The notes under the pieces are model-generated. The model searched no databases, was not told where the DNA came from, and was given only the letters and a program-made list of their open reading frames with translations. Made by a program: the position numbers and the translations under genes. A stretch of 64,000 nucleotides of DNA from Schizochytrium sp. TIO01 (lineage: Eukaryota > Protista > Bigyra: Labyrinthulomycetes), in assembly GCA_004764695.1 (NCBI GenBank), contig SMSO01000005.1, forward strand, positions 620,001 to 684,000, written 5' to 3'. Positions 12,389-23,017 of this stretch are shown here, piece after piece. The number at the start of each line of letters is the position of its first letter. The stretch's first letter is position 1.

Positions 12389-13541
12389 ATGGTGAGTTCC
12401 GACATAACCCCTGGGCCAGGGCAAAGGAGCATAGTCTTGCTATGCCGGGGTGTCTACTGAAAGGGGGTGCAGTATGGGACTTTGCCTTTCTCAAGCGGCT
12501 TTGTTGAATTCCTTGGACAGCGGGTGGCGGAGGAAGGGAGGCATCATCCGGAATTCCGATGACCTGTGCGTCTGTGCTAGGCAGTGCTATGCTAGTCCTA
12601 CAGGTGCTAGTGGACCATGGAGTGGCGAGAAGGTGGTGTTGCAAGTGAAGAAATGCGGTGCAAGTGCTCGAATTCTTAGTTTGCGCTGTGGATAGTTGAC
12701 TTTGCGAGTTCCGATAGTCTACTATTCGCAGCATAGTCTATTCGTTGCGCTGGAGTCTCAATTCGCTCCTTTCCAGTTAGTTGATTGTTTACGAGTGGGT
12801 AGCTCCTTATGGTAGATGGATGGCTAGCTGGCCTAGTAGGAGGGGTAAGGCCGGAGGGGGGTATCTGGGGAGTGAAAGGAGAGGAGGGGAGAAGAGGAGG
12901 GAGTGGAGGGCAAACAAACTGAGGCAGCAGAGCTATTGATCGCGCAGGGCCTTGCGCGAGTGTGGATAGCGGATTGCGTGGAGCAGCCGCAGACTAGCAT
13001 CAGAGGCAAGATGACCTTGAAGCACTACTGCGTGATCGGCCGCAAGGCCCCGACTGAGTCGGACCCCGTGCCGCAGCTCTACCGCATGCAGATCTTCGCG
13101 GCCAACAAGGTGACCGCCAAGTCTCGCTTCTGGTATTTCCTTCATCAGTACAAGAAGATGAAGAAGACGACCGGTGAGATCCTCTCCGTGAACGAGATCT
13201 TCGAGAAGAACCCGAACGTCGTCAAGAACTACGCCATCACCCTCCGCTACAACTCCCGTAGTGGTACTCACAACATGACCAAGGAGTTCCGCGACGTCAC
13301 CTTGGTTGGCGCCGTCCAGCAGCTCTACCAGGAGATGGCTGGCCTTCACCGTGCCCGTGCCCCGTCGATCCAGATCATCAGCACTGCCATCGTCCCGGCC
13401 AAGGACTGCGTCCGTGCCAGCGTCAAGCAGTTCCACGACGGCAACATCCGCTTCCCCATTGCCCACCGTCGCCCTCGCGCCGAGACCCGCCGCTACAAGA
13501 AGACCTTTGCCCCCAACCGCCCCACCACCTTCGTTGGATAA
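12389..13541 (+). CDS. RPL18A: 60S ribosomal protein L18a (eL20); main exon ~12987/12993-13541, predicted first exon ending in ATG 12389-12391
   Basis: YCVIGRKAPT, LYRMQIFAANKVTAKSRFWYFL, KMKKTTGEI, VKNYAITLRYNSRSGTHNMTKEFRD, HRARAPSIQII; strong C-ending codon bias. GCAAAAAATG|GTGAGT at 12382-12397 with in-frame CAG acceptors at 12947, 12986 and 12992. An unspliced in-frame ATG exists at 13011. Confidence 0.95.
12392..12992 (+). other. Predicted phase-0 intron of RPL18A (3' end 12947, 12986 or 12992)
   Basis: Consensus donor immediately after an ATG in strong start context; in-frame CAG acceptors; a layout common in ribosomal protein genes. Confidence 0.65.
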
Positions 13542-14486
13542 ATATACTGCATCCAATATTATTGATTGTGGACGACATTTCCCTTCGATTTTCTGTCTTA
13601 TCCATCCCTTTTACCTGTTCTGGACTCACCTCTACCTTCCTTTCCACACACGGACTTGTTTTAGTTTGTGTGTTCGTCTTTGATACGCTTGGGTGCATGT
13701 GCCAATGAATTCGTGTTTTCTAACCCTTTTGATGTTTTGCTTGCTTGCTGACAAACCTGATATGGATCGTAGACTTTCTTAAAAACCACGTGATGTATGT
13801 GTCCTCCTCTCTCTCTTCATTGGACGGGCTAGTTCGGGATGTTCTCTGGATGGTACAAAGGGATAGAATTTTGCTGCACCCGAGCACAATGATTCCCATG
13901 TCTTCAGTCACTTCCGTGCAGTACTCCTAGCTCACCAGCCTGGACGATTTTGCCTCATTCATCATGTTGGTTTTACTTCTCTTGATTTGATTGATTGGTC
14001 TGTCTCCTTCAATTATTGTCAGATTTGCTTTTCCTTATCCACAAAGCTTCTTTAATGCTTTCTTGTGAATTTCTTGTTGCTTGATTAGTTATTCTTGTTT
14101 TGATGGCTTACCAGGGAGGTTTCCTTGTTAGATATGCTTGCAAGCCCTTCCCCGTCAATCTTTTGCAAGTACTCTCCAAGAAGTGTCTTCTAGTAGTAGT
14201 GATGCTTCTTTGATTCCCCTGTATTTTTACCATTTATTGTTCATGTTACAACTGTTTCTTTGGATACATCATTTAGGTTGATGCCAAAATGCGAGATCAC
14301 GTTCTCGATATTCGTTTAAAGCTTCGTCAGACCCCCCCCCCCAAAAAAAAAAATGAATTTCATGGTGATACGAAAAGGGGAAGAGAAAATGAAACCCCAG
14401 AACACGGAATCTTAACATTTTTCAAGCACAAAACAGTAAACTTGGTTACAACATGAAACAATAATATGCATGATAATCAAACAAAA

Positions 14487-16802
14487 TCAATATGGTAGGG
14501 GAGGAAGGTTGAGTATGCGCTCAAAATCAGAAGAGACGTCTTGAAACTTGGAATGTAAGTAGCATAAGCCAGACTGAGTAATCTCCCACTTAATATGGCA
14601 AAGCATAACGAAGCGACGGCCAGATACGTTGATGATGCATTGATAGCAGTAATCTAGAGGTTTCATTGCCCCATCTGCAACGCGTTTTTTGTACACTAGA
14701 TGCGCAAAGAGATCAAGAATTTTGGACTCTAGGATGTGATCATAAAAATCTAACTCCTTAAAGGACTCAGATTCAGTATCACAACCAATAAGCTTAGACA
14801 GTTCCGGGCTTCCCTGATGCATCTTGAAGCCATCTACATACGTGCCTTCAAGAATAGCTGTCGCGATTGGACGGTTTGAATGCCAGACAGGTTGTAGTGG
14901 TACAAGAAACTCCGGGTCAAGGCGTGGGTCATGCTTATCAAGGCAGGATTTGATGCGACTCATAATCGAAGGCTCGAACAGTTTAGATACATGGCGTTTA
15001 TACCATATTGCAAACTCAGCTGGATCCATGATATCACAGGCTTTCTTGAAAAGGTCAAAAGCAACGACAGCAGCACCTTGATCATCCGGCAATGGTATGT
15101 TATCATCGATGGTACTGTAGTCGACATCAGTAGCAGAGCCCTCGGAAGGAGGTCCGCTCATAATACAATTGAGCGCCAGTTCGAGATCCTCCCGATAAAT
15201 GGGCAAGGTTTTCGACTCAAACGTGTCTCCACTAGTTGAAATGCGGCGAGCAACGCGATGTCTTGTATCTTGTGCAGGACAGTCAAACTTGCGGCGTTCA
15301 CCAAGATGTTCAAACTCGTTCTGGGCAGAGTTCTCTACATCTGGGGAAACGGGACTGCATAGAGACTTTGCTGAGGGGTGCGAAGTCATTGAACCAGAGG
15401 GCTGAGTCTGTGAAGAGGTTATAGGATAAGGAAATTCACTTCCATGCGCGTGTTTCAAGCCACTGCCAGTATGATGTTGCCCATAGTTCGCATATGGTGT
15501 ATGGTTTTGGTGGGGTTCCATGCCAGGCAGCGGGGAAGGAATCTGTAAACTCTCTTCTTCAAACGCTGGAAAAGGTCCATCTTGTGAGAATTCGTATTCA
15601 TTGCCACATAATTCTTGTAGTGGTGGTGCCACCAGTTCCAGTCCAGCAAGATCCATATGGAGACCATCAGTGGTGTCAAGCTCATGGCCCTGTGCAGCCT
15701 CCCGGAACTGAGCTTCTTCAGAGCCTACACAATTCAAGTCATTTCTGTTTACTCGGTTGTACGATGGCTCGTACATGTTGGCTGAGGAGTTTGCTCCGAT
15801 GGTCCTTGAGTTCATCGTTGAATTTGCTACTAAGTTCGAATGACTTGGTACAGACGGAATCGAAACATCAGCGGAGGACGTTGAGCTGTAAGACTCCGCA
15901 GAGTATTGTCGGCTGGGCATGGTTCGAAAGTTAGGTTGGATAATGATGCCTGTTGGGATATTTGGAGGTGGCATACCATGGGAAGAGGGTTGCGAGGGTG
16001 GATGGTGGCGATGTTGGTGACGATTGTGATGGTTTACACGATGCCGTTGATGAGGTGCAGTAACAGGTGGAGAGGCTTGGCTGGTCTCCTGGTTCACATA
16101 GTACAGGGGTTTATATTGTTTGGAGTGATTGTCTGTCTCTCCGCTCAAAAGAGAAACTGAGCTGGCGTTTGCACTTGCTTGGACTGATATCTCTGAGGGC
16201 ACTGTCGCAAAAGTGGAACTGGGTGTTCCCGTCGGTGATGACATAATAACAGGCGTATGGACGGGGCTTACGACAGATGCCGGCGACGATGGGGGGGAGG
16301 TAACCGAAGCAGCAGGCCCAGATTTGTCAGGGATGGTCCAAAATTGAACAAGGCTAGGCGATTTGTCCAGCACATAATCTCTAATGATAGCTTTATCCCT
16401 GATTGGCTCGACGCTACGGCGCTCTAGAAGTGATACCCAATGGCCTCGGAATCCATGCTGGAAGGACATTCTACTCTGATGGGCTTCGGATCGTGTTTTC
16501 ATACTCATTGCTCGGCTAACAACGCCGAGACAATTATTGTGTTTGGGGGACCACCACACTTTAGACCTCACACAATTACTATACTTGACACGCATTTCCG
16601 TACCTTTAGGTTGGCCTCTCCGTGGTTCTCCAGGTACCACGTAAAAGAGACCCACTCGGGGATCTATGGGTGAAGCTGTTCCCCGGCGAGAGAGCGCTTC
16701 ATCAAGATCACCATTGCGAGCCCGTAAAAGAAGCTCGAAGATTTCCTCCAGCTGCAATTGCTCGTTTTCGGAGCCAGCGTCCTGAAGCTGCTCAGCCTGC
16801 AT
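14487..16802 (-). CDS. Putative transcription factor, paralogue 1: unrecognised N-terminal domain, S/H/P-rich linker, C-terminal PAS-like domain
   Basis: 771-aa ORF; N-terminal ~140 aa and C-terminal ~195 aa align clearly with the 20810-23017 protein. PAS-like pattern (PIATAIL...ELSKLIG...SGRRFVM...FQDVS). The functional call is inference. Confidence 0.8.
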   Translation of the reverse strand: MQAEQLQDAGSENEQLQLEEIFELLLRARNGDLDEALSRRGTASPIDPRVGLFYVVPGEPRRGQPKGTEMRVKYSNCVRSKVWWSPKHNNCLGVVSRAMSMKTRSEAHQSRMSFQHGFRGHWVSLLERRSVEPIRDKAIIRDYVLDKSPSLVQFWTIPDKSGPAASVTSPPSSPASVVSPVHTPVIMSSPTGTPSSTFATVPSEISVQASANASSVSLLSGETDNHSKQYKPLYYVNQETSQASPPVTAPHQRHRVNHHNRHQHRHHPPSQPSSHGMPPPNIPTGIIIQPNFRTMPSRQYSAESYSSTSSADVSIPSVPSHSNLVANSTMNSRTIGANSSANMYEPSYNRVNRNDLNCVGSEEAQFREAAQGHELDTTDGLHMDLAGLELVAPPLQELCGNEYEFSQDGPFPAFEEESLQIPSPLPGMEPHQNHTPYANYGQHHTGSGLKHAHGSEFPYPITSSQTQPSGSMTSHPSAKSLCSPVSPDVENSAQNEFEHLGERRKFDCPAQDTRHRVARRISTSGDTFESKTLPIYREDLELALNCIMSGPPSEGSATDVDYSTIDDNIPLPDDQGAAVVAFDLFKKACDIMDPAEFAIWYKRHVSKLFEPSIMSRIKSCLDKHDPRLDPEFLVPLQPVWHSNRPIATAILEGTYVDGFKMHQGSPELSKLIGCDTESESFKELDFYDHILESKILDLFAHLVYKKRVADGAMKPLDYCYQCIINVSGRRFVMLCHIKWEITQSGLCYLHSKFQDVSSDFERILNLPPLPY

Positions 16803-17372
16803 TGCAAACTAATTGCAGTAGCAAATAGCAACAGCAGCAGAGCTGGCGTCCAGCTTTAGGCGGCCAAAGGATCTTCTTCGGGCTGATTTGTGAAGTTGCA
16901 CTAAAATTCGGGTCTCTCAAACTAAAATAAATTGTAATGAAGGTTGCAGCTTGCAGAGACCTTCTCTTTCAGCTGCTTCCTGACTTGGGGTCCTAGCAAA
17001 TACAAAAGCAGAACCTGCTTGGGGCGTCTGTTGCTGCTAGTGGTTGGTCAGTCTCTTGTCAATCACAGAGCCAAGCATGCACTTATCAGCAAACAGCACG
17101 CGCTTCTTTTTTTCTGTAAAAGCAGCACTTGCAAGTGTCGCAGAAGAAACCAACGGGGTTAGAGGCAGCAGCGATGAAGAGGTATACCTAAAAGGGGAAG
17201 GGGGGGAGGAGGGGAGGAGCGGTAAATCACCTGGCGGGCCCAGCCGGTAGGAGTCGAGCTGGGAAAACGATGGGTTGCGATGGCTGATGAAAAAAATTGT
17301 TTGAGCTCCCAGAAATGAGACCACGAGCAGCAAAGACGAAGAAGCAGGAAGTAGCGAAACAGTCTTGCTTGT

Positions 17373-17427
<55 letters not shown>
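17373..17427. repeat. (TTGC)n microsatellite
   Basis: About 13 perfect units. Confidence 0.95.
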
Positions 17428-17428
<1 letters not shown>

Positions 17429-17790
17429 TCGCTTGCTTTCAGGCGCTCGCTTGAGAGATACGGGCGTGCTGCGGAGAGACGCGGCCTCTCCGCTCAGAAG
17501 GCCTCTGATGAAAGAATATGAAAGAGAGAGCCGCCGCCCTCATAGAGGAAATGAACACCAAAAAACCGAGAGAGAAAGACTTTGAAAGAGAGAGACACAA
17601 AGAAAGAAAGAGAGAAAGAGAGAAAGAAAGAAGAAAGAAAGAGAAATGAACTTGTGTCGGAAAGCTAAGTAAGCTAAGACTTATGTTACGAACATAGGGA
17701 TCATGGTAGTAGCTACCAGTATCTCTATATAGGAGAATCGCTAGAACTGGATCAGGTTGAGTAGGTAGTAGTAGCTTGCAGGAAGTAAGA

Positions 17791-17829
17791 GTAGGTAGGT
17801 AGGTAGGTAGGTAGGTACCTACGTAGGTA
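17791..17829. repeat. (TAGG)n run ending in overlapping palindromes GTAGGTACCTAC / TACCTACGTAGGTA
   Basis: Seen directly. Confidence 0.85.
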
Positions 17830-20809
17830 GTCCTATCTACCTACGTACCTGCTCATTAGGACTATCTGTGGGATAGCAAGTGCTACCTGCTTAGCCAAGT
17901 ACTAGGTGCCTGCTAGAACGAGACGGCAATATTGGGCCAAGCACCACTAAGGCGCTTAGTAGGAGGAAAGGCTAAGAAAGAGGCTAAGAGGCTAACAGGA
18001 ATAGAGAGGAGTGCAGAAGCGAACTCACTCACTTGGAGACGCAGCCAAGATCGAGCGAGCGATCAATTGCAGTTTGTGAACAGATACTTGGACTCGCGAG
18101 TCCGAAGAAGTCGACACAAGTGCGTTTATATAGCCATCGACTTGACCATGAGCCAAGATTGTTGATGTGTCACGGATAAATAAATGCACCTCGGTAGAGC
18201 TAGGACTCGAAGAACTTCGAAAGACCAGAGGGAAGTTGGGAAAGAGATGGAAGACACGAAGGAAACCCAGAGAAGAGCGCACAATTGAAAGGCACGTGAA
18301 GCATTTCAATACTCAGAAAGCAGAGACGTAAGTACCTACCTGGGTCCTGTCTAGCTAGCTGCTTTGGTGATAGATAGATACCCTGTCTGGTCGAGGCTTC
18401 TTTCTCCCTCTGAGTCGTCTCAACAACGCAACGCAAAGCAAATCAAATCACCCCAAGTGTTTTGTTGGGCGATTGTTTTGGCTTGAGCTTTACCCAAGTC
18501 AAGAGACTTCGATGAGCTGCCTCTGACCAAGGTAGACGAGGCTGGTATGCAGAGAAAGTGCCCCAGGTCCGAGTCTCTTGCTCATAGGTCTGGTCCAATC
18601 AATCCCATATGGTAAAATGGTAAACGTGTGTAGAAGGAAACTAAGGAAGCCAATCGTCTCGTGCAAGTAACTAGTGTTCACCTAACTACTGCTTGAATAA
18701 ATAGATACATGTTATAAACACTACCAACAGACACAGCGCAGCACGTGAAGATTTTAATTTAGAATATTTTACTTTTTACTTTTTATTTAATTTTTTTATT
18801 TTAAAATAAGAATACTCATAACCCTCTAGAGACAATAGAACCAGTTGCTAACTATTTAAAAGTACTAAGCTACGAAGCTCCTTCATGAAAACTGTGGAAG
18901 CAGGTTGACTCAAGACTATGCGCAGTAGTAGCTTACCGATAATACCACGTCATAGCCAGAATATGCTTTAGGTACCGGGGAACCAAAGTTGTCACGTTAT
19001 GCTACGATGTACTATGTTGCTGTTAGGTAGCACCAATTCGTTAACGATCATGGTCTTCAGTTGTTTACGTCGGGTTTGGTTGTCGTCTTCCCTCCACAGT
19101 AGGAAAACTATAAAGGAATATAAAAGGTACCTTCTATAATTACTGCCTAGGTAAACTGCCTGCGGATATAGTTTGAAATATGCACACCTCAAAAAGCACG
19201 TGTGTATTTCCATGCAACATTTTCTGTTTAATTTTAGACGCCAACCTTCCTACCTCTTGAGACCACTCTGACAAGCTAACGGGACTTTATCTACTCGTAT
19301 TTCAATTTAATCGTGAATCATGTGTGAATCTTACGGATTAGCAGTGGGGCTCTGACTATTCCGAGTGTAAGCGATTTTGGGTTCATACTTCCGTGATCGT
19401 CAATCTTTAAAAGTAGAGTACTGGCTAGTCAGACATTGAACAGCGTTGGGGTATTTATGTTCGACGTTTTAATTATGGTAATAATATGCCAATCTGTGCA
19501 ACAAATAAATCTGCCCAAACTCTTGTTAGTCTAATTTAATCAAAACAATACGAAAGCAACTTTTTAGGAGACTAAAACGTAATCACTTAGCAATAGAAAA
19601 ATAAAGTAAAGCTCAAAGTTGAACATAAGTAGAAAAAAATATTGTAAGTGCACCTCAAAGTACCCAGTACGAACTCCGTTCATCGAAGTCGTTAAAGGCA
19701 ATCTGAGCAAATGAATAAAAGAGGTTATGTAAGGCCATACATTAACAATGTCCTGCAGGATGATGAACTTTGAAATCTGATAACTATCATTAAAAAAAAA
19801 TGAAAGGATCCTATATTGATGTGACATTGAAATGAACTCGCGAGGTCAATATCGATTGTTTCATTTTAAAATCCACCTTTTCTCTACATCAATTTGGTAT
19901 GTGCTTTCTTTGAACAAAGGTCTTGCTCATGAATTACACCCGGGTAGGCGCTTCTTTATCCCTTACACAGATATGCTAGATAAAAGAAGCTATCGTAATT
20001 GTCAGTGTACCAATTCGTTTTTCAGCTACCGACTTTACTTTCATAATGTGAACGCTCATGCTGGCTTTCCAACTGATATAAGCGTTTTCGATAGGTCTTT
20101 AATTTACATAATATAGATCTGCTTGGAAGACTGAGCGAACTCTTGGCTTAAACCATAATCAAATTTCTCGCCTCAAGTTTCTAATCCTGTGAACAACCAA
20201 GACTCCGAGCACCTTACGGCGTGGTTACATACAAGGTTGGCCAGAATGAAAGATCTATTGGACTAATCACTAAAGCAAAGAATACACAGCTGTCACCTAG
20301 CACCAAACAAATTTAAATTATTGGGAATTAGTTTCCTCGAAATTTCGTGAAATGCCTTTTACCGGTCAGGGTATCTAACTGCAGCATTTTCTTTTTTTCT
20401 ATAAGCAATATAGAGGATCCAACATCGTAGACTACGTATTTGGACTTTGACAGGCCTTTTGCTAGCAAGGACCTCGTTCGCTCGAATACATAATTTCTAA
20501 AGCGTAGATAAATTGTTTACTGTATCATATTGTTAATATGTTCAATTGTTGTTCAAATGATCTATATTCATCTATAGGAAGCGCTTGGCGAGTGTATACC
20601 TCAAACCAGTGTGCTTCACTAGCAGTGTTTGAAATGTGGAAGGTCATGATCAAATTCAAACATCTGCCTCGTAGGTAATGTTCAATGTAAAAAACCAAAC
20701 AAAGGTTTTTTGGCGCAAAGAGAGACGTGGTGTTCCATGAAACGTCGAGGAGACCTAGTTAATATGTGCTTGCATCGCTGGGGCATAAAAGCATACGATA
20801 ATCTCCTTA

Positions 20810-23017
20810 TCAGCAAGGTAGATCAGGAAGAGCAAGGATTTCTGGATATTGGTCAGATACGTCTTGAATGTGAAGGCGGCGAACATCCTCTCCAGAAAGC
20901 TCTTCTCCTGAAGTCACAACAGAGTGACCCCGGAGTACCATGCATCGCCCCGTTGGGAGGCGAAGCAAGTTGTGAAACCAATAGTCACGGGGATTAAGCA
21001 ACCCATCAGTTACCATCTGCTTGAAGTAAAGGTGTTGGCACAGAAACATCATCTTGCTTGCTTGAGTTTCTTCATAGAGACGGCTATCCCTTCCTTTCAT
21101 CACAAGACCATCCATGATGTTTGTTGCTTTGTCATCTTGGTCTACAGTGACAAATCCTGCAGCATAGGTACCCTTATATACCATGAGACCTACAGGTGAT
21201 TTATCTGAGAATTCAAGATGAGGAGCAAACATGAAGCTTTTACGAAAGCGAAGATCATCATGGTCCATGTGATATTTGAGCGACCTCGCAATGTCCGGAA
21301 GAAAAATCGTCTGAGAGTACAGGCGGTACCATCTAGCGAACTCGTCGGAAGTAAATGTCTCGCAGACAGACTTGAATATATCAAAAGCAACCATCGCAGC
21401 ATCAATTGATGATGTGTTGCCTTCTTCAGTTTCTTCCTTTTCATTGTTGTCTTCAAGAGCAGCTTGAAGATACTCAAATTCCTTGCTATCAGAATATCCG
21501 GTATCTGACCTACGATGCCTCTTTTGGGGGCCTTCGATTTTCTGACGTCCATTCAAACGCTCCTCGCGCTCGTTTTGTTGTACGTTGGACTTTGCAAAGC
21601 CCGCAGCAGTGTTTGAAACAGTATTCCGAGGCGCAACTTGACCACGAAACTGCGCATCAGGTACCTCACGGCGTTGAAGGGAGTAATCTGCGAATGGCTG
21701 AGTGCGCATTGTGGAGCGGTGTTGGGATTGTTGTTGATGCTGCTGCTGCGAGAATGGAGGAGGCGGAGGTGGAGGAGGGCTGCCGGCCTGTGGGCTGAAT
21801 TGTTCCTCATGATAAAGGTTTGATTGGGAATACAAGGGACGTTTTTGTGGTTGGCCGTATGCAAACATTTTTTCCTGTTGCATTTGTATTTGCTGATGTG
21901 GCTGCAATTCCGTGTTGGATGTCTCAAACAAGTTGTGCGAAGAAAAACTATTCTGGTGTGCGTAATATTGCTGCCGAGACTGGGGCTGTTGCTGTCGAGC
22001 AGCTTGACTACCATGCGTGGACAGGTGCGAACTGTATTGACTTTGTTCAAATTTAGGCTGGTGCATTGGCTGCTCAAACTGTTGCCGCTGTGATTGTGTG
22101 AAGTGATGGTCCTGGTAATGTAGCAAATGCTGACGCTGCTGATGCTGCATCGGCTGCTCGTGTTGCTGGTGGTTGTATACAGGTAAGGCTCCTGACGATG
22201 TATCCTTAGGTGGAGAGTACATGCGAACAAGTGGATCTCTACCACGAATACCATGGTGAGCAGAATGGTCAAATGCGCTACTCATGGTGCCAACAATTGC
22301 ACTTCCATGCCCGGAGAGCATGCTGTCTTTCGTGAGAACAGTACTATGGGACACATAAGCTGGAGGGAGATGGCTATCACTATCAAAGCCATCCTCATCC
22401 TCATCGAGAGGAGGAATACTCACTCCAGTGTTGCTCAGAAAAGTCTTTGCTAGCTGACCATCGTGGGGTCCGGGATACATTCCAAGATCGTTGTGAGAGG
22501 AAAGGTGGCTGGAGGCCTGTTGCGGAGATGATGTCCATGATGTAGGCCAAATCTGAACCATGCTAGGTGCATTATCTAATACGTAGGTCCGAACAATAGC
22601 CTTGTCTTTAATAGGACCCGGGTGGGGCCGTTCAAGGAGTACCAGCCAGTGGCCCTGGTAGCCATGCTTCTCCGTTCCGGCGCTCTGATCCTTTGGCATG
22701 CGCACTTTGGTACCCATCTTGCGGATGACAATACCGAGGCATTCATTATGTTCGGGAGACCACCAGACACGTGAACGAGCAGTGTTGTTGTACTTTACGC
22801 AGATTTCTGTCGGCGAGGTTCGTCCTCGGGAGACCTTTTTGGATTCCTCAAGGGATTTTACAAAGAAGCAGCGCAAGTCTGGTTCAATAGGGCTTGCGCT
22901 GACGCGGACGGGTACTCGATGGTCGAATTCTCCTTGTCGTGCGCGAAGCAACATGTAGAAGCATTCCCGAGGGCTAAAATCCTGCCCAGGGAGGTGTTCA
23001 TCTATATCGAGCCCCAT
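20810..23017 (-). CDS. Putative transcription factor, paralogue 2: unrecognised N-terminal domain, Q/H-rich linker, C-terminal PAS-like domain
   Basis: 735-aa ORF; shares LLRARxG, ASPIxP, VKYxNxxRSxVWWSPxHNxCLG, HGxxGHW, DKAIxRxYVLD, AFDxFK, EFAxWY, GTY, HL, QDVS, LPxLP with paralogue 1. Confidence 0.8.
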   Translation of the reverse strand: MGLDIDEHLPGQDFSPRECFYMLLRARQGEFDHRVPVRVSASPIEPDLRCFFVKSLEESKKVSRGRTSPTEICVKYNNTARSRVWWSPEHNECLGIVIRKMGTKVRMPKDQSAGTEKHGYQGHWLVLLERPHPGPIKDKAIVRTYVLDNAPSMVQIWPTSWTSSPQQASSHLSSHNDLGMYPGPHDGQLAKTFLSNTGVSIPPLDEDEDGFDSDSHLPPAYVSHSTVLTKDSMLSGHGSAIVGTMSSAFDHSAHHGIRGRDPLVRMYSPPKDTSSGALPVYNHQQHEQPMQHQQRQHLLHYQDHHFTQSQRQQFEQPMHQPKFEQSQYSSHLSTHGSQAARQQQPQSRQQYYAHQNSFSSHNLFETSNTELQPHQQIQMQQEKMFAYGQPQKRPLYSQSNLYHEEQFSPQAGSPPPPPPPPFSQQQHQQQSQHRSTMRTQPFADYSLQRREVPDAQFRGQVAPRNTVSNTAAGFAKSNVQQNEREERLNGRQKIEGPQKRHRRSDTGYSDSKEFEYLQAALEDNNEKEETEEGNTSSIDAAMVAFDIFKSVCETFTSDEFARWYRLYSQTIFLPDIARSLKYHMDHDDLRFRKSFMFAPHLEFSDKSPVGLMVYKGTYAAGFVTVDQDDKATNIMDGLVMKGRDSRLYEETQASKMMFLCQHLYFKQMVTDGLLNPRDYWFHNLLRLPTGRCMVLRGHSVVTSGEELSGEDVRRLHIQDVSDQYPEILALPDLPC

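Noticed and set aside
12290-12500. SRP RNA (CAGG..AGCA) or RNase MRP (AAAGTCCC on minus strand) near the RPL18A 5' end
   Set aside because: The SRP helix-8 stem cannot form and the MRP P4 partner pairs poorly.
13365-13367. UCG reassigned from Ser to Leu, suggested by the Leu-like tRNA body
   Set aside because: TCG encodes the conserved Ser of the eL20 motif RAxxSIQI, consistent with the standard code. This is a single site, so low-level ambiguity is not excluded.
12933-13556. 207-aa antisense ORF over RPL18A, and 13306-13683 in another frame
   Set aside because: Shadow ORFs expected from strong codon bias.
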